Source: Eledone cirrhosa
Lineage: Eukaryota
DNA: 57,654 nt
Assembly: GCA_964016885.1 (NCBI GenBank)
Contig: CAXHJY010001752.1
Coordinates: 1 to 57,654 of the forward strand
Direction: 5' to 3'
Position numbers and translations under genes: made by a program. The notes below the pieces were generated by a model, which was not told the DNA's origin, did no database searches, and was given only the letters and a program-made list of their open reading frames with translations. The stretch's first letter is position 1. Every line of letters starts with the position of its first letter. Below, piece by piece: positions 48,201 to 57,654 of this stretch.

Positions 48201-49769
48201 ATTGTGAAATAGTTTTTTGCTAATGAAGAATTTTAAGACGTTTACTGAAATTATTAATTATTTCAATACTAAGATCGTAACTTAACATAAGGCTCTTCCA
48301 TAAAATTATGTTGGAAGATTTATAATTTAATAAGAACTCTTAAGATGGATGGTTTTGTTTCATAGAATCAGAGCCAGTTTTCTTTGGATTGATATCAAAA
48401 GAGTTAAAGCATTCCAACTGCAAAATAAGTATACAAATATGCCCTTAAAAGTGTATGTATTCAAATAAGTGTCTAACCAATATACAATTATATTTAATAG
48501 CGATGGGCTAATGTTGTCATAAGCAACAGTTTAATGTTCACATTCTTCAGTGGTGATATTAATTTGCTGTATTTGTAAAAGAGCCAGTCTCGACTTCTAT
48601 AATTGTTTTGAAATTTTACTGATGATGTTTCATTTTCTCATATATCCAAATTGTTTAGCCTAGCATTTAGCTAGCTAACATTTACATGTAGCACACATCA
48701 ATTATTCACAACACATATCCATAACAATGATATTTGTCTCCCTTCCAACCATCAAATAATATCTCTGATATTCAGTCACTTTTATTTGAACTAATTTATA
48801 TGTGAAGGTACAGCATTAACATGCAGGGGGTGGGGGGCTGGGCATCCTTTGGATGGGGGCATCATTTGGGGAAAAGGACTTAATAAATTTGATTGATTTA
48901 TATTAAAATCGAATAAAGCTTTATTTCATATTTCATCCGTGTGTATATATTCAAAATGTTTTCCTTTCTCATAATATTTCTCAGTATATTAGACCTTATA
49001 CTTGAGTCTATGCAGGTTTTGACGATGAAAAATAGTGAAATAAGTTGAGCATATAAACCCCTAGAGATTAAAAAAGTGGACAGTGTCACCTGTGATAATC
49101 TAACTCACATCTGCCATATACCAGACAGCTGCACTCTCGCAGAAGTGAATTTAATTCGTACAGATGATACTGCCCACTTTTTTCTGTTTATAAACTGACA
49201 CTCCATTGGTTATGGCAAAGAATGTTCCAGTTGACACAATCAACAGAACAACCTGCTCATGAAATTAATGTGAAAGTGGCTGAGCATACCAGGCACATGT
49301 ACCCTTAACGTAGTTCTCAGGGAAATTCAGCGTGACATAGAATATGAAAAAGACTGGCCCTTTGAGTTACAGGCGCAACTCATTTTTGCGAGCTGAGTGA
49401 ACTGGATCAACGTGGAATAAAGTGACTTGCACAAGGACACAATGCGCTGCCAAGTACTGAACTCACAACCTTACGATCATGAACCAAAGCCCCACTTGTT
49501 CAACTATTTTTCATAGTCAAAACTTGTGTTGTAGCAGCTTACAGTAATGTCAACATACTTTCAAACCATAACAATATTCTTTAAGCTCATTAAACAATAT
49601 TCTTTAATGAGTAACTCTTTTCATTAGATTTTATCAAGTAACAGACATTGTATAATCATTGTTATTGTTGTTTAAATGTGTTGTACTTACCATTACTTCA
49701 TGTGTAGTTTTATCAGGCAAAGTAAGTAATCTTTTCGAAAGATCTTCATAGTCAGTCTTTAATTTATTC
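28059..49769 (-). CDS. URI1: Unconventional prefoldin RPB5 interactor (URI1/RMP/Bud27), 5'-partial: last 8 coding exons
   Basis: Exons (5' to 3') 49769-49691, 48145-48010, 45170-45079, 41948-41885, 32899-32755, 32410-32152, 28494-28261 and 28178-28059. All are GT-AG with consistent phases. Prefoldin-alpha segment DYEDLSKRLLTLPDKTTHEVMVPIGSKAFMPGKLVHTNEILVLLGDNWFVERSAKQA; FWDHLDELESQE; acidic patch; ITFTHS; SPSDIY; PKSILK; C-terminal URI box RRISKFKASRL. Upstream exon(s) were not located. Confidence 0.95.
29079..29682. mobile_element. Two oppositely oriented, partial copies of the piggyBac-type MITE (about 29079-29230 and 29516-29680)
   Basis: CTTTAGCATTTAA...GGCCAGAATTCTCAC versus GTGAGAGAATTCTGACCAGTTTAAATGCTAAAGGG. 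Confidence 0.7.
30143..30800 (+). mobile_element. CRE-clade non-LTR retrotransposon 3' fragment (CCHC knuckle plus restriction-like endonuclease)
   Basis: LRIGVSLRL...CRC...HLLSC...HAALN...KRPDG...WDATC...AEKGKLSKY...PIAVEISGVLG. Confidence 0.85.
30890..31320 (+). mobile_element. Tc1/mariner transposase 3' remnant
   Basis: LIFMHDGARS (second catalytic Asp motif) and a RRLQTLVNNAGTYVE-type C-terminus. Confidence 0.55.
31405..31965 (-). mobile_element. RTE LINE 3' fragment (PHD family)
   Basis: Homologous to 9870-10520 and 11550-12110. Confidence 0.75.
34003..34620 (+). mobile_element. Three tandem tRNA-derived Meta-type SINE copies
   Basis: TGGCAGnnTCGGTAGA A-box, GAGTTCAAATCC B-box and GCCTTTCATCC...GATAAAATAAAG domain at about 34003, 34207 and 34438. 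Confidence 0.75.
34945..35120 (+). mobile_element. Meta-type tRNA SINE
   Basis: A/B boxes and TTTGCCTTTCATCCTTAC...TCGATAAAATAAAGTACCAGT. Confidence 0.85.
35190..35373 (-). mobile_element. Meta-type tRNA SINE (inverted partner of 34945-35120)
   Basis: The reverse complement aligns closely with 34945-35120. Confidence 0.85.
36065..36310 (-). mobile_element. CORE-type tRNA SINE
   Basis: Near-identical to 50095-50345; GTCTTGCTCAAGGACAC CORE motif. Confidence 0.75.
36500..37710 (+). mobile_element. Degenerate RTE LINE 5' region (AP endonuclease), continuing at about 38905-39050 after a nested insertion
   Basis: IFAYAPQ and GDFNEHVG endonuclease motifs; YESLLNE resumes at about 38927. Confidence 0.6.
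37720..38900 (+). mobile_element. Ingi/Vingi-like (I-group) LINE RT fragment
   Basis: QKNGL.QG..LAPLLFNFY.NDQ, FLYPDDLCIA, NPDKTQISTFHLRNREA, VTLDR, AEYASPV, RSITGCLKPT, GIGPPRIRR. The clade call is from recalled family motifs. Confidence 0.7.
39522..40482 (-). mobile_element. RTE LINE (PHD-in-RT family), close relative of 11030-12112
   Basis: SGKWSCSICRKGTGINSIKCTQCRSWVHKRCSGIAGKLTGREKYVCSRC; (CAT)n tail at 39523-39539. Confidence 0.9.
40485..40857 (+). mobile_element. 5'-truncated RTE LINE 3' UTR copy
   Basis: Colinear with 14130-14480 (C-rich tract, 48-bp units, GGAAGGGCATCC, (TGA)n). Confidence 0.8.
41395..41756. mobile_element. Head-to-head pair of Meta-type SINEs (41395-41547 minus; 41570-41756 plus)
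   Basis: Both carry A/B boxes and the CTTTCATCC domain. Confidence 0.8.
41979..42197. mobile_element. hAT-type MITE
   Basis: TIRs CAAACATGTCAAAC / GTTTGACATGCCTG with internal GGCCACATG/CATGTGGCC; the TSD is not preserved. Confidence 0.7.
42560..44308. mobile_element. Cluster of SINEs (Meta-type about 42560-42710; CORE-type about 42935-43200 minus, 43360-43650 plus, 43745-43940 plus, 44140-44308 minus)
   Basis: Recurrent CAGCTGAGTATACTGGAGCAACGTGAAATGAAGTGTTTTGCT in both orientations. Confidence 0.75.
44480..45020 (-). mobile_element. Degenerate RTE LINE 3' fragment
   Basis: MRWLGHVLRKDESDWVRKV...GIPRKTW. Confidence 0.7.
45513..46553 (-). mobile_element. Degenerate RTE LINE (PHD family)
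   Basis: GLHQGSILSPFLFII, LLCADSLV, WVHKRC remnant and [11 protein letters not shown]. Confidence 0.8.
46560..47420 (-). mobile_element. Old CR1/Jockey-group LINE fragment; related copy at about 53150-54150
   Basis: The minus strand gives KATSPDNVPLIILK...ILTKLFNLSL; nucleotide similarity between 47130-47230 and 54050-54150. Confidence 0.5.
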
Positions 49770-50525
49770 CTGTTAACATAAGGGAAAACAGTAACAATAA
49801 GACAGTAAATTACTTTAATAAACTAAAATTAATTGAACTTTACAAGCAAGTCAGTATATATCATAATCATCATATATATGTATATTTAAAATGTCTGATT
49901 TAAGCACAGTTTGTGAGGAGAAAGTTGATTACATTGACCCCAATATTGATCCTAGAAGGATGAAAGGCAAAGTTGATCTCGGTGGAATTTGAATGAACTC
50001 AGAACATACTGCAAAGACATTTTATCTAACGCTCTAACAATTCTGCCAACCCACCGCACTCAATGTTCATTATTAATCTTGACTTCTGATATACCTTCTA
50101 ATTGATCAACAAGATCCCAGACCCCATTCGCTTGCCGAGTGGGGTGGACCTCGTCAAATTGGACCAAGAAAACAATGTTTCCATTGGTCTTTCCATTGCT
50201 GATATTATCTACTGGCCGCAACTCATAGCAGAAGGAGCAACATGAAATACAATGTCTTGCTCAAGGACACAATGCATCACCCGGTCCGAGAATTGAACTC
50301 ACAACTTCATCATTGCGAATCCAACTCTCTAACCACACACTTCCACAATACAGATATAAGCCTTGTCATTTTAAGAGAAGATAAATAATGGAAGTTACAA
50401 CATACATTACTTAATAATTGTTTCTACTTCTGGCACAAGGCCAGCAATTATCCCAGTGTATTACTGGTACTTTATTTTATCGACTCCGTAAGGATGAAAG
50501 GCAAAGTTAACCTCGGCGGGATTTT
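49190..50525 (-). mobile_element. SINE copies flanking URI1 exon 49691-49769 (CORE about 49190-49490; Meta about 49915-50060; CORE 50095-50345; Meta partial 50413-50525)
   Basis: Motifs shared with the other SINE copies. Confidence 0.7.
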
Positions 50526-52189
50526 TACTTAATAATGAAAGAGAAGTGAAGTGACTATAAATGGGAATCAAAACATAGTTATGGGTCAGTAGAGGACCTT
50601 TTTTTCAATAGCAAAAAGCATTAATGTAAACAGATAAAGAAAAATGGAATAAAGATTGAAGTATGGAAGGGTCTATAAAGATGAGATTATTTATAGGAGA
50701 GATTATTTATATGTAAGCAAGCAAATTAGTAGGTACTAAAATCATTGTAGAAATGGTAAATGTGAACAAAAAGTAGACAGAATATATCAATGGTTTAACA
50801 CAAGCCTTGACCTCATACTTAATTTACAATTACTTGAAAGACAGTCCACTAAGTCAAAGGACACTGTTGATGGCTGATACTATAAAGCACTCGACTAAAA
50901 TATTTAGCATTTATATCTTTATATCTTTCAAGATCAAATCTCATAAAAGAAAAGAAATACCAGTAATACATTGACTTGGATTGTTAAATTTTCTCCCTCT
51001 CCTTATCAACTGAAGCATTGTATATGTGAAAGAAATCAATATTTTTCTGATAGAGAAGGAAGTACATTCTACAAATACAATATAAGTGATACATCATAAA
51101 ACAGAACCAGGCCATGCAAAGGGAAAATAACTGGAATAAAAACAAATCAGCCTATTGAGCTCATCTTTTAATATTCTCTATAACATCAGCATTGTGGATA
51201 TAAATCTTGATCTCTAATGTAAAGAATAAGAACAAATACCACAATGACATTTTATCCAATGCTCTACCAATTCTGCCAAACCATCACCCTACTGTGGATG
51301 TAAATATTAAAATCTGAATGGCGATAACAATTCTCAGTTTATTGCACACATCACAGGAGTGGTGGCAGCATTTCTGAATTATGAGGACCAAATTTGGTCA
51401 ATTTAGTTGTAGTGATTAGTTTAGCTGCTGTTATCAAATATCAACCAAGATATAAAAAAAAACTTTGATATGTGATAAACATAACATGTACATAAATTGT
51501 AGCACATATACAAATAGATGTGTGTTTTCGTAATTCCACCGCTCCTGCATCATTATCATCATTTCATATCCATTTTATCATGTTTACAGCATATCTTGCC
51601 ACTTGTTGTAATCCATCATAATTTGCTTTGTGAAGTTCATCCTTTACCACTTTTCACATGCCTTCCTGGGCTTTTAAGGGTGTACTTTGAGAGAGACATA
51701 ATTGCTATTTGTAGCAGGTTGAGCAACAACATACAGATTTCCTTATTAGCTATATTACTTACTGCTTGTGAGGCACTCTGTCGGTTATGATGAATGTTCC
51801 AGTTGATCCAATCAACAGAACAGATTACTTGTGAAATTAATGTGCTGAGCCTTCAACATAGTTCTCAGGCAGATTCAGCATGCCACAGAATGTGGCAAGG
51901 CTGGCCATTCAAACTACATGTACAATTCATTTTTGCCAGCTGAGTGGACTGGAGCAACGTGAACTGAAGTGTTTTGCTCAAGGACACAACACACTGCCAG
52001 GTATCGAACTCCAAACCTTTTGATTGTAAACTGAATACCCTAACCACAAAGCCACTGCATGTAAGGTGTAGACAACACAATTTATTATTTCTTCTACTCC
52101 ATAACTTTAGGATTCCATAAATAACTTTAAATGCATTATTTCTTAAATGCAGACATAATCAGTAGATTACACAAATTATTTTGAAGCTG

Positions 52190-53100
52190 GGTTTAAGAGG
52201 AATACAAGATGGTGTGGCGGAGAGAAGACTGTGTTGGTATGGACATGTAATGCTCATGAACAATGACCACTGGGTGAAATCCCAGTGGAAAGAAGCGGCA
52301 GTAGAAGAAGACCGTGAAAGCCCTGGGCAGAGGTTGAGAGAGCTGATCTCAAATCACTAAGACTGGCAGAGGAGATGACGAAGGAATGCGACAAGTGGAG
52401 AGATGCCATGCAGGGAAGGACCCCTCCAACCCATGCAAGCATGGAAAAATGGACGTAAAAATGATGATGATGATGAAGAGAATCCATGCTTCAAGAAAGC
52501 TTGATTAGATATTCAAATATCTATAATCATGAACATATACTAGAAAACAGAAGTCATGAACTTCAATCAGAATGATGACTTGAATGGAAAACCTCTAAAA
52601 GATTTACCCGTCTTGGAAGTGATATTTCATCCACTAAAAAAGACATAACTATATGGATAGTTAGAGCATGGACTACTCTCAATAGCCCCAGGTCAATTAT
52701 TTTGTATGGTTCCTCAGCATGGACAAAGATTAGAGAACAAGCTTGATGGGACATACACCTGAATGCTATGTGAAGTGCTGAACAGGTCCTGGAAGCAGCA
52801 TTTCTTGAAAGAGCTATATGAATAGATCCCTCCTGTATCAGCTTTAGTTAGGGAAAGGATAACATACGCTGGGCACTGCTACAGAAGCAAAGAAGAGCTT
52901 GTTAGCAGTCTTCTTTTGTGGATGCCAACCCAAGGATACTCTTGCATCGGACATCCTCATGACTTATATTGACCAACTGACTGTTGGTTTGACAACTGAA
53001 GACCTGAAAACAGCGATGGAGAACAGGGACGTCTGGAGAGGGAAAGTGGAGTTGGCCTTGGCAGTTCACCTGATCCGATGATGATGATGATGATGATTAT
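52190..53100 (+). mobile_element. RTE 3' end (52190-52475) followed by an RTEX-like 3' fragment (52540-53100)
   Basis: (TGA)n tails at 52462 and 53078; LYGS.AW, LDGTYT and AGHCYRSKEE motifs. Confidence 0.6.
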
Positions 53101-54605
53101 GAACATTCTTTTTTATAGGTTTGGTTTGGAAGGTGCAGTCCCCATAATCTTTACAGGCCTTCAAAGACCAGCAAGATTGATGTAGTTAATGTTCCTCTTG
53201 AAAGAGAAGACATAATAATATGTGTGTGACTAGAGGAAGAGATACTAATAAGTTGGGGGAATATTTGATTGGGAATGGCACAAGATTACCTAGCACCAAG
53301 GAGCAGAGGCCACTATAGTATCATAGCAATAGAAAAGACAGAAACAAGAGAAATTTCATCTGTAGGTCAGAGGGTGGAGCAACTTCATGACAAGCAATTG
53401 AATGGCCTTCTTTTGAATGTGCTCTAGGATTTTTGTATGCTTAGCAGAAGCAGCGCCTCAGATTTGGGAGAGGCAGTCCATTGTGGTTCTTTTCTAAGCT
53501 TTAGAAAGCTAGTAGTTATTAGGAACTGAAGTATTTACAGTCTCTGTGATGGAAATTTGTTGAGGATGTGCATTTGTCCAGAGAGATTGTCAGTGATAAT
53601 GAGACCTAGTTTTCATAACAACCCTGAGTGTACTTGTTGTGTGTCATTCATGCTTGAAGGTGGCATACAATGCTATTTTCACGAAATATGATTGTGCCTT
53701 TGTGCTGCTAAATCAATGTGCCAGACATGGTTTAATGCATTGCTGATGTAAAGTGCAACAACTTTATTTTCATTAAATTTCTCAAAGATGAGAAGTCACC
53801 GATGAGGAACATAGAAGAGGAAGGCTTCAGTAAATCTGATTTTATGAAAGCTATACTATTGGACATTAAAGAGGGAGAAAAATTCAAGATGTGAGGAAAG
53901 TTGATTGTTATTGACTGTCACAATCGCGATAGTCGGCAGGGTGATTGGGATTGCTATTCTTGAGAATGAGACATTATAATGTACTTCGAAGGGTTAGAAT
54001 AAATCTGTAGAGAAAGAAGGAATGAAGAGGTCGGCAAGGAAATGGGCTAGCTCCAGGTATCATTTTTTTTAGGATAATAGAAGGGATATTATCATGGCTG
54101 TTGACTTTATTGACATGAAGCAACCAGAGTTGTTTTACATTTGGCATGATAGAAATTTACATAGCCAGGAATGAACTTTACAATGCAACACATGAAACTC
54201 TTGGAACTACTACAGCAACAAATAGAGATTGGTTGTGGGAATGATCAGGAGATAAAAGCAATATTGTTAAAGAAGAATACAATCAGGGTGCAAATGATGC
54301 AAAAAGGCTTATCAAGAGAAAGATGTCAATTAGAAGTTACATGCAAGAGCATTGGTGGTCAAAACTTGCATATGATATACTGATAGCAACTCACTTAAGG
54401 TATTCAAACAAATTCTATAATTTCATGAAACTAGCCTTTGGACCAAGATTCACTGGGATAATGCAAATTATATCCAAGGATGGTTTAAATCTATTAATAG
54501 TGTAGCTAAAAGATGGAAGGAGCATTACAATCATTTGTTAGAGATTCCCAGGTAGTCCAAAACTTTATTAACAATATACGACAGAGAGCCATAATCCTTT
54601 CTTAT

Positions 54606-54782
54606 AATTGTTTATATTTTTGGCACAAGGCCAGCAATTACTGGTACTTTATTTTATTGACCCTGTAAGGATGAAAGGCAAAGTTAACCTCGGCGGGATT
54701 TGAACTCAGATCATAAAGGGACGTAACTCTATGCTTCAAAGCATGGTGTCCGACTCTCTACCGATACTGCCAATCCACCGCC
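54606..54782 (-). mobile_element. Meta-type tRNA SINE
   Basis: Same family as 34945-35120. Confidence 0.8.
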
Positions 54783-55199
54783 CTTTCTTATAATGATACA
54801 CACACACACACACATAATGTATGTATATATATATATATATATGCAAGCGTGGAACACGGATGTTAAACGATGATGATGATGATGATGATATATATTCACA
54901 TACATACACACATACAAGATGCAGTGTGGTTGAAAGAAATCTGAATGAACTATTGCCCCTGCATTACACTAAAAACATACAGCATGAATAATGATACTCT
55001 TGAGACTGTGATAGGAAAACTTCAAGATAAGAAAGCACCAGGAAGAGATTTGAATGTCAGTTACTGGTACAAAAAAGCAAGCTCCTAAGGGAGATGCACA
55101 TACACCAAACTGGTTGACATTAACAGAAATAGGATTGGTCCCCCAAAACAAAGAAATCTACTTGCTAGAACCTAATGTATAAAATGTATACAGCCTGTC

Positions 55200-55890
55200 T
55201 GAACCTATTCCTCCAGGTTCATTGTGACAATAACACAATCATCACAGATGAGCAAGCAGCTGGGAAGAAAGGAGTTTGGGAGTGTGCTGAACAACTCCTA
55301 ATTAACAAAACTGCAGTGTCAGAAGTACGATGACATAGGAGGAACTTGGTTACAGCCTGGCTGGACTACAGGAAAGCATTCAATTTTGTCTCCTACTCTT
55401 GGTTGCTAAAGGCCCTTTGATTTGCTAAAATCCCAGATACCATTATCAGAGCCATAGAGAACCTATCTTCTTCTTGGGCCACTATCTTAAAGTGAAATAG
55501 AGAGAAGGAGAACTATATTATCACTGATAAAATAGAATATCGAAGGGCTATATAATGTCAGTAAACCCCTTGTCCTTTATGCTGAGGAAATATGGATACA
55601 TAATTGGTTGACAGGAGGCCAGAAACACAAACTTAACAGGTAGCTTCTTTGTGAATGACCATAAATTTTTTTCCAAGACTATAAATCGTACAAAGAAAAA
55701 CCTTGACCTGGTTATAATGTTCCCAAAAGATATAGGAATGGAATTTGTCAGGATAAATATCCCTAAATGATTGTAAAGCAAAGAAAAATTACAAGCCAAT
55801 ATAGCAACATTTCTATCAATAGCCTGACTGTTTCACCATTATCTGAAGACTGTAAACAATAATCAGGGATTGATGAAAATATATCCTATG
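55200..55890 (+). mobile_element. R4/Dong-like (RLE-type) non-LTR RT fragment
   Basis: EQLLINKT...RNLVTAWLDYRKAF...SWLLK...KIPDTIIRAIE; degenerate. Confidence 0.55.
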
Positions 55891-56282
55891 ATGTAATTTG
55901 TGAAACATTTCAGAAATTCAGCATGTAATAACTTCATATACATATACAAATCCACACACATGCAATAACCTCCAGACCTACACACACACATACATGCAAG
56001 CATACATATTTACCAAGTTGATGTCTAAATTCCAAAGTCTTGATTCTATGTTAGAAACTGGGGTCTCTCTCTATTGGTGAACATTTATTAAATAAAACCA
56101 GAACATACAAATACATTCATATTATATATATATATATATATATATATTTATAAACACACATATGTTATATATATACACACATACATTATACACACACACA
56201 CTCATATATATATGTATATATATATATATACACATATACATACATACATATATAGCATCTGAAGCATATAGACAATATGCCC

Positions 56283-56780
56283 CTGCAAGGTGGTCGTGGA
56301 GGTGCCACGGCAAAAAAACACCCAGCCCACACTGTAAAGTGGACGTGTAGGCGCTACGGAAAAAGCACCCAGCACTCACTGTAAATGAGGTTGGTGTTAG
56401 GAAGGGCATCCAGCTGTAGAAATCAAGCCACAATGAGTTCCTGTAAGAGCAAGGCATGGTCATCCGACCAGACACTGCCCACAACAGGACAACCCGTCTA
56501 ACCCATGCTAGCGTGGAAGAACGGACGTAAAACGGTGATGATGATGATGATGATGATGATGATATATATATTATATAGAGAGAGATATATATACATATAA
56601 ATATACATACATATATATATCATCATCATCATCATCGTTTAACATCCATATTCCACGCTTGCATGGGTTTGGACAGGAGTTTTCCCACTTGAGGCAAGAG
56701 TGGTTGTCTTGCTCGCATAGGACTGTCTGGCGGGTTTTCTACGGCTGGGATGCCCTTCCTAACACCAACCACATTTACAA
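56283..56780. mobile_element. Two tail-to-tail RTE 3' UTR-derived copies (56283-56565 plus; 56620-56780 minus)
   Basis: GGAAGGGCATCC domain and (TGA)n/(CAT)n tails facing each other across a TA microsatellite. Confidence 0.75.
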
Positions 56781-56843
56781 TATATTTATATATATATACA
56801 TATACATACATATATATATATATTTATATATATATACATGTAC

Positions 56844-56877
<34 letters not shown>

Positions 56878-57185
56878 GAAGGTGCATGGCTTAGTAGTTA
56901 GAGCATTGGCCTTGCAATCGAAAGGTTGTGAGTTCAATTCTCAGACCGGGTGATGTGTTGTTTCTTTGAGGTAAGACACTTTATTTCACATTGCTCCAGT
57001 TTACTCAGCTGTAGAAATGAGATGATAGGACTTGGGTCCCTATCATTCCATGGCACCCAGCACTCACTATAAATGAGGTTGGTGTTAGGAAGGGGCATCC
57101 AGCTGTAGAAATCAAGCCAGAATCAGTTCCTGTCCCACCCTTTGCAAGCAGGGGAAAAGCAGATGTAAAACGATGATGATGATGA
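56878..57185 (+). mobile_element. CORE-type tRNA SINE with RTE-derived tail
   Basis: Closely similar to 5723-6070 but lacking most of the 48-bp unit. Confidence 0.8.
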
Positions 57186-57654
57186 TATATATACATACAT
57201 ACATACACATATATATATATACATATATATATATACACATATACATACATACATACATATATACATACATAGATACATACACACACATATATATATTATA
57301 TATATATATATATGTGTGTGTGTGTATACAGTATATATATATATATTCTTATACTTGGGAAGGGTCATATTGTTGTAATAATATTGCCAGAAATAATAAC
57401 GGAACACACTCACTGTTTGGTTGGTTTTCACTTCTGTATCTTTTATATCTCCATAGTTAATTTATTTGGCAATCAATGTTTATCATTAATTGACCAACGG
57501 TTATATATATATATACATTTATATATATATATATATTATATATATATATACATATACATATATATATTTTTCTCTAAAAATGAAAGGCAGACTGTATGAT
57601 GCCTGCATACGAACAGCTATGTTACATGGCAGTGAGACATGGACATTGTGTGCA

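Noticed and set aside
56014-56045. Candidate upstream URI1 exon ending TG|GT
   Set aside because: In-frame TAG in the required phase and no URI similarity.

Overview
Eukaryotic, AT-rich, repeat-saturated genomic DNA. The tRNA-derived SINE families and (TGA)n-tailed RTE LINEs point to an octopod cephalopod (inference). Three spliced genes can be assembled by hand from GT-AG junctions. (1) A complete cyclin E gene on + (10 coding exons, 21203-26901, 434 aa, with [12 protein letters not shown] cyclin box and LLTPPQS degron). (2) The 3' eight coding exons of URI1 (unconventional prefoldin RPB5 interactor) on - (49769 down to 28059), convergent with cyclin E; its first exons were not found. (3) Exon 1 of a BtpA/SgcQ-family (F13E9.13-like) gene on - (19774-19699), head-to-head with cyclin E. 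The rest is intron filled with RTE LINEs (one family has a PHD finger inserted inside its reverse transcriptase), Rex3/Expander-like, CRE, Vingi-like, R4/Dong-like and CR1/Jockey-type fragments, CORE/Meta-type SINEs, hAT and piggyBac MITEs, Helitron ends and microsatellites. Highlights: cyclin E-URI1 linkage mirroring human 19q12; a Thr-to-Ala change at the N-terminal cyclin E degron position; a Pumilio/miRNA site cluster in a possibly antisense-overlapped 3' UTR; a triplicated 17-bp intronic motif; the PHD-in-RT LINE; a LINE 3' UTR that supplies SINE tails and a 48-bp minisatellite; and tight inverted SINE pairs that could be ADAR substrates. No prokaryote-type system (CRISPR, operon) is present.
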